Below, in pieces: positions 19,050-28,946 of a stretch of 50,332 nucleotides of DNA. The DNA is from an uncultured Candidatus Poseidoniales archaeon (GTDB taxonomy: Archaea > Thermoplasmatota > Poseidoniia > Poseidoniales > Poseidoniaceae). The translations under genes and the position numbers were made by a program. The notes beneath the pieces are model-generated. The model worked only from the letters and a program-made list of their open reading frames with translations, was not told where the DNA came from and did not search any database. The DNA lies in the NCBI GenBank assembly GCA_905182635.1, contig CAJJCM010000033.1, positions 1-50,332 of the forward strand, given 5' to 3'. Within the stretch, counting starts at the first letter, position 1; every line of letters starts with the position of its first letter.

Positions 19050-20234
19050 TTAAACTTGCATTGGTGGTGGAGATGCAAGGTCCAATGGAGGTGTTCCTCT
19101 CATTGGAGTTTCTAGGAACACATAGTCGCTATCGCGTCTTTGTGGAATAAATCCTGCTCGCAAAATTACATCTTGGAGTTCACGTTCTGATGCTTGGAAT
19201 TTTGTCGTGCCTGAAGCAGAAACTACATTTTCTTCCATCATTGTTGAGCCAACATCATTTGCACCACCAAAGAGTGCCAGTTGAGCCGTCTTAATCCCCA
19301 TTGTTGGCCAAGAAGATTGAATGTTTGGTATACTGTCGAGATACAATCGAGATACGGCTACATGACGCAAGTATTCGGTCGACCCTGAACCCAATTCGAT
19401 TTTGTTTTGACCACGATTACGTCGACCGAAACTGTTTACTTCAAGTTGAACGGGCCATGCGATGAAAGAGGTAAAACCACACGAATAGTCCTCCAATGAA
19501 CGATCTTGTAAATCACGAATCCGCCTCATGTGTTCAACCCGTTGTTCGAATGATTCTCCAAATCCGATAACATTTGTTGCACTGGTCGTGAGTCCGAGAG
19601 ATTGTGCTTCCTCCATGACTCGAAGCCAATTTGCTGGAGCACCTTTTTTTGGAGAGACATCCTTTCGTACATCATCGACAAGCATTTCAGCACCTCCGCC
19701 GGGTAATCCGTGCATACCTGCTTCTTGCAGCCGCACTAATACTTCCTGCGTTGAAAGTTGACTTACTTCTGCAATTCCTTCGATTTCAATTGGACTGAAA
19801 CAATCAAGAGCAATACTCGGATGTTGTATACGCAGTTCATGAATTAGATTTTCATACCATTCGAAAGGCAAATCAGGATTAACTCCACCTTGCATCAAAA
19901 TTCTAACACCATCAATATCTTCTAATTCTTTGATACGTTGCGAGATTTGTTCAATTGTTTGGGTATACGTTTCTTCATGCCCAGGAGGTCGGTAAAATGA
20001 ACAGAACTGACAATTAATTGTACAGATATTTGTATAATTGATATTTCGATCGATGAGATAGGTTACTTTCTCACCACCATGCATGGCATTGCGTCTTTGA
20101 TGTGCAGCACTCATTAATTGATGCAATGGAGCGTTTGTATACAATTCAACAGCCTCATCCTCGGAAAGCCGAAACTGTTCAGCATTCTGTGGCTGCCATA
20201 AGGCTTGACGTTCGAGAACAGAAGACCAATTCAT
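19050..20234 (-). CDS. mqnC: Radical SAM protein of the CofH/MqnC family, probably cyclic dehypoxanthinyl futalosine synthase
   Basis: TYLIDRNINYTNICTINCQFCSF, LMQGG, PGGGAEML, SFIAW, NIQSSW, GANDVGSTMMEENVVSA. Confidence 0.85.
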   Translation of the reverse strand: MNWSSVLERQALWQPQNAEQFRLSEDEAVELYTNAPLHQLMSAAHQRRNAMHGGEKVTYLIDRNINYTNICTINCQFCSFYRPPGHEETYTQTIEQISQRIKELEDIDGVRILMQGGVNPDLPFEWYENLIHELRIQHPSIALDCFSPIEIEGIAEVSQLSTQEVLVRLQEAGMHGLPGGGAEMLVDDVRKDVSPKKGAPANWLRVMEEAQSLGLTTSATNVIGFGESFEQRVEHMRRIRDLQDRSLEDYSCGFTSFIAWPVQLEVNSFGRRNRGQNKIELGSGSTEYLRHVAVSRLYLDSIPNIQSSWPTMGIKTAQLALFGGANDVGSTMMEENVVSASGTTKFQASERELQDVILRAGFIPQRRDSDYVFLETPMRGTPPLDLASPPPMQV

Positions 20235-20243
20235 TTCTTCACC

Positions 20244-21614
20244 TCAGAATGCTTTTCCGGTTATTGATTCAATTTCTTCGATGGTCTTGGGACAGGCGGA
20301 GGTAAGAACATCGGGGTCTGCTGTAGTAACAAGTACATCGTCTTCAATTCGGATACCGATGTTTGCATACCGTTCAGGACAGTCAACATCTGGCCTCCAA
20401 GCACCAAAATACAATCCCGGTTCAACCGTAAGGCACATTCCTTCTTCGAGTAAACGGGGATTTCCGTTTGGTTTGTAAACACCAACATCATGAACATCCA
20501 GACCAATCCAATGACTGGTATTGTGCATGTACCACTTCCGAAGGTCGCCCGTTTCAATATCCAAAGCCTCATCGAGACTTTGTTGAATGATTCCTAAACC
20601 AATTAACCCCTCAGCAAGCACTCGACGAGCTGCCTCGTGAGGTGCTGTGTATGGTTGCCCAACTCGACAGCAATCAATTGCTGCATATTGCGCATCTAAA
20701 ACGATTTGATAAATTTCTTTTTGAGCATCGGTGAACGTTCCATTAATCGGCCATGAGCGAGTAATATCCGCAGCATATCCACGGAATTCTGCCCCTGCAT
20801 CGATCAAAATAACTTCTCCATCTTCGCAGACATCATTGTTTTCTTTGTAATGCAATACAGTTGCATTGTCACCACAGCCTACAATTGAAGGGTAAGCCCA
20901 TCCGGAAGTTCCAGCGTAAACAAAGAAACCTTCAATTGTGGATTGGAATTGATATTCCATCCTTCCGGGTTTTGAGTGACGCATTGCCGCGACATGTGCA
21001 TAACTGCTCACATCAGAAGCATACCTCATTTGTTCGATTTCAGCAGCCGATTTACGAAGTCGAAGTTCTGCAATACGTGCACTGGGGTCCTCAAGAGACA
21101 CTGGACCCGAACCAAAGTGCTGACGTGCTCTATCACGTCGTTCAATCGCCGAACGAATGAAGTCATCAACATCAGCACGAACTCCGGTTCTCAAGAGAAC
21201 TCGATGAGATGTATCGATGTATGAAGATAATAGTTTCGTCATGTCTGTGATCGAATGGGCTTCATCGATTGGCCATTGTGCTAATGCACCTTCAACACCA
21301 GGCCTCCGACCTTCCCAAATTTCTTTGAGTGTATCTTTTGGTTGAACAAAGAGGGTAGAAATCCAAGTCCCATCGACGCAACGAAGAGCAAAAACTGCTT
21401 CTGGTTCGCTCCATCCCACAAAATACAACATATCACTCATTGTTCGATAGGGGTAGTGTACATCATTGGAATGTGTTGATTCTTCAGCGGCACACAAAAT
21501 CAAAACATCATCTGGTCGAAGTTGTGAAGTCAACCGATATTGCCGCGCCTTGAACTCATCAAGAGTTATCGGCACAGGTTGCGGCCCAATATGACTCATC
21601 GCAGCTTCGTTCAT
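20244..21614 (-). CDS. pepP: Xaa-Pro aminopeptidase (M24B)
   Basis: NDVHYPYR, WEGRRPG, LHY, LIDAG, YAADITR, H..SHWIGLDVHD, TVEPGLY, GIRIEDD. Start 21614 or 21599. Confidence 0.93.
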   Translation of the reverse strand: MNEAAMSHIGPQPVPITLDEFKARQYRLTSQLRPDDVLILCAAEESTHSNDVHYPYRTMSDMLYFVGWSEPEAVFALRCVDGTWISTLFVQPKDTLKEIWEGRRPGVEGALAQWPIDEAHSITDMTKLLSSYIDTSHRVLLRTGVRADVDDFIRSAIERRDRARQHFGSGPVSLEDPSARIAELRLRKSAAEIEQMRYASDVSSYAHVAAMRHSKPGRMEYQFQSTIEGFFVYAGTSGWAYPSIVGCGDNATVLHYKENNDVCEDGEVILIDAGAEFRGYAADITRSWPINGTFTDAQKEIYQIVLDAQYAAIDCCRVGQPYTAPHEAARRVLAEGLIGLGIIQQSLDEALDIETGDLRKWYMHNTSHWIGLDVHDVGVYKPNGNPRLLEEGMCLTVEPGLYFGAWRPDVDCPERYANIGIRIEDDVLVTTADPDVLTSACPKTIEEIESITGKAF

Positions 21615-21660
21615 GACAATCCCAACAGTTCGACTGTATTCAATAATTGCATTGAAATCA

Positions 21661-23226
21661 TTACACATCTGATTCATCGTACTCTTTGGATTGTTCCGAT
21701 GTCTCATTCACAATCCACTTCGGAACCGTCGTTTGATTCGAATTACGCCTTGATGAACTGATTATAAAGCCAATAACAAAAACAATCAGAACGATGATTG
21801 AAACAGAAAGGAACATCGCTTTGGCGTTGAAAGTATCAGGTGAAACTGTTTCAGAGATATGTACTTTGAAAGAAACTTCACTGGATGCACCGTCATTGTC
21901 CTCAACAACCAAACGAACATCATACAACCCTGATTCCGAAAAGTCAGATGATTGTAAGGTCGTTTCTCCTGTTGCGAATGTATGGTCATTGACATACCAT
22001 GTATAGAGCAAATCCGAATTATCATTGATTGTATCGGAACTCTTGCTACTGTTGAGTTCCCATGTTTCACCTTCGGTAAGTGTCACCGTCGAACCTTCAG
22101 TAATCACATGGGAATCCAATTCGATTTGAATAATCGGCGCGATGTTTTGTACTTCAAACTCAATTGAGGAATGAACAAGCCAGCCGGCGGTATCACGAAC
22201 CAATAATTCGACAACCCAAGTACCTGGGATATCTGGTTTTAAAGAAATTACAGTGTCAGTCACTTGCTCATTTGCAAGTAACGCTCGGCGAGAACCATCT
22301 GGAAGCAAAAGAGTCCATGTAAAAATATTATCGCCACCTGAATAGCCATCTTCAACTGAAGCAGAGAACGATATTGGAGAAAATTCCTCAACTCTACTCT
22401 TGCTCGGCAAAATCTCTGTACCATCGTTTGCAAGTGAACTATCCTCGAGATCACAAGTTAACGTAACAGATGGTTCGGTCTGGTCGAATAATACCATGAA
22501 ATGTTCAGTGTTTGATGTGCGCAAGAGTGCATCGACTACTGTAATATTAAACAACCAATATCCGTCATCGAGGTTCATGTTATCAGGGTCAAAAATAAGT
22601 TTCAATTCTTGGGATTCAGAAGTGAAATTGAAATCGAAATAGTCAATCATTTCATTGAGGCAAAATCCATTCGGAGCGGGACAAATTCCAAGTTTAACAA
22701 AGAATTCTGAACCACTACCGATTGGAGTGACCACAGGGACTACGAGTTCCATATTCTGGTCAGCAACGAGATGAACTGGGTGGGAACTCTGGTATGGAGA
22801 GAGAAATGGAAGAAGAACCGGATGATGATTCTGTGAACCGATATAAATGACCTTCGAAGTCAGGGGAGGTGAATTCGAATATGTATCGAAAACTATGAGT
22901 TCACATGTACAATTGTAAGAAGATACATTGAGAACAAGATTCCATTCCCATTCTGCTTCACTCACAGCATGTACAAAGGTTAACTTCCCCGAATCCAACG
23001 GAATCTTCAATTCATTCGAGATGTCAACCAAAAGCCATTCAAAGTTTGTAAGAGGGACTGTAGAACTTCCATTCAAATACAAAGTATCGTTGAAGATAAG
23101 TCCATCGTCCTGAAATATGGTCAATTCAGGAGATTCTTGATTTGTCCGTTCGGCAAGAGTTGATTGAAAGAGAGGTATAATCAAGAACATGAGGACGAGA
23201 AAAACGTACCGCCTCGAATCGCCCAT
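21661..23226 (-). CDS. Secreted PKD/Ig-like domain protein with C-terminal TM anchor
   Basis: Signal peptide, PKD-like S.D...LLYTW...F.ESG.Y.V.L.V.D.DGA, C-terminal hydrophobic helix followed by RR. Confidence 0.75.
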   Translation of the reverse strand: MGDSRRYVFLVLMFLIIPLFQSTLAERTNQESPELTIFQDDGLIFNDTLYLNGSSTVPLTNFEWLLVDISNELKIPLDSGKLTFVHAVSEAEWEWNLVLNVSSYNCTCELIVFDTYSNSPPLTSKVIYIGSQNHHPVLLPFLSPYQSSHPVHLVADQNMELVVPVVTPIGSGSEFFVKLGICPAPNGFCLNEMIDYFDFNFTSESQELKLIFDPDNMNLDDGYWLFNITVVDALLRTSNTEHFMVLFDQTEPSVTLTCDLEDSSLANDGTEILPSKSRVEEFSPISFSASVEDGYSGGDNIFTWTLLLPDGSRRALLANEQVTDTVISLKPDIPGTWVVELLVRDTAGWLVHSSIEFEVQNIAPIIQIELDSHVITEGSTVTLTEGETWELNSSKSSDTINDNSDLLYTWYVNDHTFATGETTLQSSDFSESGLYDVRLVVEDNDGASSEVSFKVHISETVSPDTFNAKAMFLSVSIIVLIVFVIGFIISSSRRNSNQTTVPKWIVNETSEQSKEYDESDV

Positions 23227-23289
23227 ATGTTCATCTCCGCAACAACCAAACATCAATGTTCGGACTTCATGCTCGGTACCAAATTCAAA

Positions 23290-26200
23290 TCATTGAGCAA
23301 ATGGATCGCACAATTCACCCTGTCCAGGGAAACTGGTTGGGTTTCTTGGATTGGTATCCCACTTGAATTCACAGAAGTTTACGTGGCCGTCATCGTCGCT
23401 GTCAAGCATACGGTCAGCAGGGTCTTGCGGGTCAAATTGGAAGTGGAATTCCCAACCGGTAGACATGCCATCATCGTCATGATCTTGATAATATACTTCC
23501 GGACCATCATTCCAACCGTCATTATCGGTGTCGTTGGAAATTGGATTTGTTCCATTCTCCTTCTCCTCGAAATTTGTGTAATTTTCAAGGTTGTCATAGA
23601 ACTTCTTTCCATCGGGTGTATCTGGGTTGATATTGCAATCAGAATTGCTTGAATCATTGTAACCTGAACAATACTTCTTGATGAGTCCTGAGCGGTTCAA
23701 TCCATCATGGTCAGGGTCTTCATCACCGTCCATAACTCCATCCAAGTCACTATCAGGCATTGAAGGGTCCATGACACCACGAGCACCATACGCATCGATT
23801 GTTCCATTATCGACCAAACCATTTTCAAGGGCAAGGCCGGAATAATAGACTTCCCAACCATCTGGTAGATTGTCTGAATCAGTATCATCATCAACAGGGT
23901 TCGTGTTCCATTTATCCGGAGCTTCTGCGCTGTTTGGAAGAGAATCATTATCAATATCAAATGTGTCATCCTTCATTGAATCAAGAGAAGGATCTAATGC
24001 CCATCGACCATTGCAGTTACAGAAATTATTCAAAGGAACTGTAAATCCAGAGAGATTCATTTCAGAAATACTGTACTTCTTCTCGTTGATGAAACCACCG
24101 AGATTGTTCTGCCACACATAGCCTCCAGCCTCCATGCTGCAATCGTTATTTTGAGATGCTACACAGCCTGGGCGTTGCCATGAAGATGTTGCAACCCATA
24201 AGCTGTGAGAATTGGTATTATCTTGAGTGGATTTAACTTGCATTTCCCAGCCATCAAGCATTCCATCAGAATCGGTATCATTGAGTAAAGGATTGGTAGG
24301 GTTTTGATAAGGTCGTGGAACAAACAAAACTTCATTTCCATCAACCAAACTATCATTATCGGTATCAGAGTTGTTTGCGTGAGTGAGGAAATTATCTTTC
24401 CCAGCAATGACCTCTTCACCATCTTCTAGGCCGTCATTATCGGTGTCAAACATACATGGGCTCGTGAAGTATGGAACTCCTTCCCATGAATAGCCAGTCA
24501 AAGCCTCGATTTGGTCAAGTTCACCATCTCCATCTGTATCAGGGTTCGATGCATTGGAACCACCATCTCCACAGCCTGAAGAAAATTCATCAAAGTCGGA
24601 TAGGCCATCTTCATCTGTATCAAACAAACCAGGATCAGAAGTGACCCATGTTTTCATGATTCCGTTGTTGACAACTAAAATCTCCCAACCCATCACTTCA
24701 ATCCCATCCATGAGCCCATCACCATCTGTATCGGGGTTAAGTGGGTCTGTAGAACGGCCATCAATGATTCCATCACCATCACGGTCTCGAGCATTGTATT
24801 CCATGAGATTCGTGAATTGTTCCTCTGGTTCAACAATTTCCATCCATCGGAATAATCGTGAATCTACTGCTTGACCGATACTCACATCGATTTGATAGAC
24901 ATAACCTGAAACTGGAGCAAGCATAGCAATTGTCTGCTTTTGACCACCGGCGAGAGTAATTTGTCCACGAGCAACAGTTGAGTTCGCTTCGACCCAGCTG
25001 TCCTTGAGAACATCTATGCCAACGACAATAGTCGTTGATTCGAGTGTGCTGTAAAAGACACCGCCATCACGGTCAACATCCCAGCCATCATGGTCAGGGT
25101 CGAGGTTGCCGTTTGAACCATCACGAGGATGAAGACCGTTGGTTGATTCCCAACCATCCGGCATGCCATCAAGATCGGTATCGAGACGCCAAGGTGAAGT
25201 AAAGTTGGTTGGACCAAACAGATTTGCAACTTGATATTCTTCAAAATTATTCAATCCGTCTTCATCCCAGTCGCCATAGCCATCGGATGCATTCGCAGGA
25301 TTAAGCAGCATACCTGCATCATTTTGAGGGTGGTCATTCACATTCGAGTAACAGAATTCGAAACCATCTGGCATTCCATCGCCATCGGTATCCCAATCTG
25401 AAGGACCGTTTAGGAATCCGTCATCATCCATATCCATGAGGAACCAAGAGAGTTCATAGCCGGCGAATGGTGATTGACGGACAATAGGGTCGAGAAGAGG
25501 AACATTGCAATTTTCACCAACTCCAGTGAGTAAGGATGCAGTAAGGTTACCAATTTCAACAATATCGTCAAGAAGGTCCATATCAGAATCTCTGGAAGTA
25601 GGGTTTGTCCCATACGTTTCCTCTTGGAAATTTGGCAGACCATCTTCATCTGTGTCGAGCACCATGTCGCATGAATGCATACCTCCAGCATTGCCTAATT
25701 CATCCCAAGATGGCAAAGCACCCTCTGAAGAGTCATAGAATGTGGATAAGGTGTCCTCCATTGCTTGGTCAAGTAGAAGGCAATCCCAATTACCATTGAG
25801 GGGATCGAACAAAGTCACATTACCACCCGGTGTTTGAACGGTCTGTGTATACATCGACTCCCAAAGGTCATTGAGATTATCATTATCAGTATCAGACCGC
25901 TGAGGGTCAGTCCCGAGTTCTTGTTCGGCTTGGTTGGTAAGACCGTCATGGTCAGGGTCGCCGTTCGGGCCTTGTTCAGGGTCTGGCCACGAATCAGATT
26001 CATTTTCAATATTGGCATTTTGAGTATCTTCTGCTTGGGTAGGATCGAGAAGCAAATCTTCCGATTCGCCGTTATCGAGTGGATTTAATCCGTGGGCGAC
26101 TTCCCAACCATCACTCATGCCATCAAAATCAGTATCGGGGTTCTCTGGGTCTGTTCCGTATTGGGTTGATTCAAGCAAATCGGATAATCCATCTTCATCT

Positions 26201-26397
26201 GTATCGGTTGCGGCACTAAGTGATGTTCCAGAACCAATCAAATCATCCTCAGCGGCACTTTCGAAACCGCCAATACCCTCACTTGTTTGGAAAAAGCCCG
26301 AAAAACCGACGAAAAGAGAGCCAAAAATCAACGTAGAGATGATTGCAGCATAGGCCATTTGATTGTGACTGAGAGACATTTTGAACACCATGCACAT
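23290..26397 (-). CDS. Large N-terminally anchored protein with many Ca-binding D(T/S)DxDG repeats and an internal lipoyl/biotinyl-like segment
   Basis: N-terminal TM and many DTD.DG..DG.E...G.NP/TDP repeats across 1035 aa. Confidence 0.8.
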   Translation of the reverse strand: MCMVFKMSLSHNQMAYAAIISTLIFGSLFVGFSGFFQTSEGIGGFESAAEDDLIGSGTSLSAATDTDEDGLSDLLESTQYGTDPENPDTDFDGMSDGWEVAHGLNPLDNGESEDLLLDPTQAEDTQNANIENESDSWPDPEQGPNGDPDHDGLTNQAEQELGTDPQRSDTDNDNLNDLWESMYTQTVQTPGGNVTLFDPLNGNWDCLLLDQAMEDTLSTFYDSSEGALPSWDELGNAGGMHSCDMVLDTDEDGLPNFQEETYGTNPTSRDSDMDLLDDIVEIGNLTASLLTGVGENCNVPLLDPIVRQSPFAGYELSWFLMDMDDDGFLNGPSDWDTDGDGMPDGFEFCYSNVNDHPQNDAGMLLNPANASDGYGDWDEDGLNNFEEYQVANLFGPTNFTSPWRLDTDLDGMPDGWESTNGLHPRDGSNGNLDPDHDGWDVDRDGGVFYSTLESTTIVVGIDVLKDSWVEANSTVARGQITLAGGQKQTIAMLAPVSGYVYQIDVSIGQAVDSRLFRWMEIVEPEEQFTNLMEYNARDRDGDGIIDGRSTDPLNPDTDGDGLMDGIEVMGWEILVVNNGIMKTWVTSDPGLFDTDEDGLSDFDEFSSGCGDGGSNASNPDTDGDGELDQIEALTGYSWEGVPYFTSPCMFDTDNDGLEDGEEVIAGKDNFLTHANNSDTDNDSLVDGNEVLFVPRPYQNPTNPLLNDTDSDGMLDGWEMQVKSTQDNTNSHSLWVATSSWQRPGCVASQNNDCSMEAGGYVWQNNLGGFINEKKYSISEMNLSGFTVPLNNFCNCNGRWALDPSLDSMKDDTFDIDNDSLPNSAEAPDKWNTNPVDDDTDSDNLPDGWEVYYSGLALENGLVDNGTIDAYGARGVMDPSMPDSDLDGVMDGDEDPDHDGLNRSGLIKKYCSGYNDSSNSDCNINPDTPDGKKFYDNLENYTNFEEKENGTNPISNDTDNDGWNDGPEVYYQDHDDDGMSTGWEFHFQFDPQDPADRMLDSDDDGHVNFCEFKWDTNPRNPTSFPGQGELCDPFAQ

Positions 26398-26493
26398 CTG
26401 TGCGAATTCACCGACTTGGTGTTTCGGTTATAGACCTTAACTCTCGATGTTTAATCCCGGTGAAAGAATCAAACCTTTTTTTCATGGAAATCG

Positions 26494-27573
26494 TTAATGA
26501 GAATACGAGAGAAGTGATGTCAATTGGAGACTCCAATTTCCATTTTTAAGTTCAATCTTTACTTTCGCTTTTCTACCAAATCCTCGTTGCCAAAAAGCGA
26601 TGAGATAGGCAACAGTAAATGGAAGGAGTGGAGATGGTAGAAGTTCGAATTCAATACCACCCTGTTCATCGAGAGATGTCGTATCAAGGAATGTACCGAA
26701 ACCGAATGGTCGTAAATAGACTTCGACCAACTGATTCCAACTCTCATCATCCTGAATGTAAATAGGCCGTTCACTTTGAGAAATTACCTCATCAACAGCA
26801 AGCGAGGTTAGAATAAACGGTACCCAGGTTGATGATTCAATGTGTTCGGAGAATTCCCATGATTCGAGAATTTCTGGACGAAGAATAAGCCCCTGCATAT
26901 TCACTGATTCAAAGAGCCTCTGAAAGAGACCTGATGGAAGAAAGCAAGTGCGCTCACCCGAATGAGTCCAACCATGTTCAACAGATTTAAGGTCGAGTTG
27001 AACCGCCTTCACGTCAAAGAATGAGGGTCTTTTCGAATCCGAGTCCCAGTGAAACTGCGGCGGAGGGGGGGCTTGTGAGATTGAACGGAGATCTTCATCG
27101 AACTCGAGTTGGATTTGAACATTCGAAACTTGATGCCACTGGATTTTTCGCCGTTTAGAAATCATGCCCTCAACTGCTGCCAAAGCAAAACCGCTGCATA
27201 CCGGGGCGAGGAGATGAGAAAAAACGCGTGTTGCTCCAAATTCATATTCACCCCATCCCATTTGTGACCATCGGGTAGAGAGAGAATTCATGAGGCGTTT
27301 TTTCTTCATCAACCAACCAATTTGTAAAAACGAGGATTGATTGAAAGAATATTCTTCTTGGTCTGCCGCTGCATGCATTAGTTTCCGCCCAAGTGGGACA
27401 CCTGCATTGGTTTCAAATGCATGCCACCAACGATGGAAATCTACAATATTCCAGACCATCCAGGCCTGTTCAGAAGAATCCCGAATCGAACCATCATTCA
27501 CACATTGAAAGCGTTCCTGTATCAATAAAAGCAAGGATGATGAAGTAGAACTTGAATCTTCACCATCGGCCAT
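26494..27573 (-). CDS. Hypothetical protein, possibly two V4R-like units
   Basis: Two similar halves: W...GWG.Y...CSGFALA and L...GFG.F...VAYLIA. Confidence 0.6.
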   Translation of the reverse strand: MADGEDSSSTSSSLLLLIQERFQCVNDGSIRDSSEQAWMVWNIVDFHRWWHAFETNAGVPLGRKLMHAAADQEEYSFNQSSFLQIGWLMKKKRLMNSLSTRWSQMGWGEYEFGATRVFSHLLAPVCSGFALAAVEGMISKRRKIQWHQVSNVQIQLEFDEDLRSISQAPPPPQFHWDSDSKRPSFFDVKAVQLDLKSVEHGWTHSGERTCFLPSGLFQRLFESVNMQGLILRPEILESWEFSEHIESSTWVPFILTSLAVDEVISQSERPIYIQDDESWNQLVEVYLRPFGFGTFLDTTSLDEQGGIEFELLPSPLLPFTVAYLIAFWQRGFGRKAKVKIELKNGNWSLQLTSLLSYSH

Positions 27574-27582
27574 ATTTTCGCC

Positions 27583-28896
27583 TCAGAAGGGATAACCGTT
27601 GATGTTTTCTTCATTGAAGCAATAACGTATTGTTTGGAAATCAGATTTTAGATGTGCTACGTCATCCTTTACTACGCTAGGGTCCTCAGAATGCAATAAA
27701 ACTCGAGCATATAATTTTGCGACTTCTTGCATTTCAAGCGTGCCCATACCTACTCGAGTTAATTCTTGTACACCAAGGCGTAGACCTGATGGTGTCAAGG
27801 CTTTCGTATCACCCGGTAGCATATTCATATTGGTAATGATTCCAGCATCTTCGAGCAAACGTGCAGCCTTCGTACCCGCACCTGAATCTGTATCACCATG
27901 GCGTGTCAATACCTGGTGAGTGGCAGTATATCCGCGAGATTCCGCGAGAACATCAAAACCTTCTGCAGCTAACGCAGAAGCAAAGGCTTGAGCATTCTTT
28001 ATGATGTCATGTGCATACGCAGTTCCATACTCTTCAAACTCAGCCAATGCGACAACTTTTCCTGCAACATGGTGTAAGTGGTATGAAGAGCATACTCCTG
28101 GGAATATGGCTGTGTTCAACTTTCGTTGGAATGATGGATCTTCACTCGATGATAAAAGGAATCCACCTTGTGGACCGGGGAATGTCTTGTGCGAGGACCC
28201 GGTCATGATATCTGCGCCTTCTCGCAGTGGGTCTTGGAAACAACCACCTGCAATCAACCCCAATACATGCGCTCCGTCATACATAACTGAAGCACCGACT
28301 TCATGTGCTGCATCTGCAATTTCTCGTAATGGAGTAGGGAACAAGAATACAGATTGCCCGACAAGGGCAACTCGAGGTTCTAATTCACGAATAAGAGAAC
28401 ACGCACCATCGATGTCTGGCTCCATACGTTCCTCGTCCCAAGGATACGTCGATAAATCCAGGTCTCGAAGTCCAACTGCACCCATTCGGGCATGAGATAT
28501 ATGCCCCCCATCTGCGGTCGAGACCGCAGTAATTTTATCACCGGGTTTGGCAAGTGCTTTCAGTCCACCAATGTTTGAAACCGTTCCTGATGTTGACTGA
28601 ATGTTGGCAAATGGGGCATTAAACACTTTCCGTGCCAATTCAATACCGAGACTTTCAATGGTGTCAAAATCATCACACCCTTGGTAATAACGCTTACCAG
28701 GGAGACCTTCGGCGTACCTTCCATGCAAGTCGCTCGAGACAATTTTTTGAACCATAGGAGATACAATGTTTTCTGAAGCGATCATGCCCAGACCGTTACG
28801 ATACAAATTGCCACTTGCTTCAGTGGCTGAAAGTACAGTTTGAGCTTTTGAGAGAGTAGACTTACTCGGAGACCAAGTCCCACGTTCACGCTGCAT
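27583..28896 (-). CDS. glyA: Serine hydroxymethyltransferase
   Basis: MIASEN, RYAEGLPGKRYYQG, GGHISH, YDGAHVLGLIAGG, PLP lysine in SSHKTFPGPQGG, SGLRLG. Confidence 0.96.
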   Translation of the reverse strand: MQRERGTWSPSKSTLSKAQTVLSATEASGNLYRNGLGMIASENIVSPMVQKIVSSDLHGRYAEGLPGKRYYQGCDDFDTIESLGIELARKVFNAPFANIQSTSGTVSNIGGLKALAKPGDKITAVSTADGGHISHARMGAVGLRDLDLSTYPWDEERMEPDIDGACSLIRELEPRVALVGQSVFLFPTPLREIADAAHEVGASVMYDGAHVLGLIAGGCFQDPLREGADIMTGSSHKTFPGPQGGFLLSSSEDPSFQRKLNTAIFPGVCSSYHLHHVAGKVVALAEFEEYGTAYAHDIIKNAQAFASALAAEGFDVLAESRGYTATHQVLTRHGDTDSGAGTKAARLLEDAGIITNMNMLPGDTKALTPSGLRLGVQELTRVGMGTLEMQEVAKLYARVLLHSEDPSVVKDDVAHLKSDFQTIRYCFNEENINGYPF

Positions 28897-28946
28897 AAAC
28901 CTTGTTTGTGTAGTCGGTCTTTGAACCCATTGTAGCCAAACAATGG

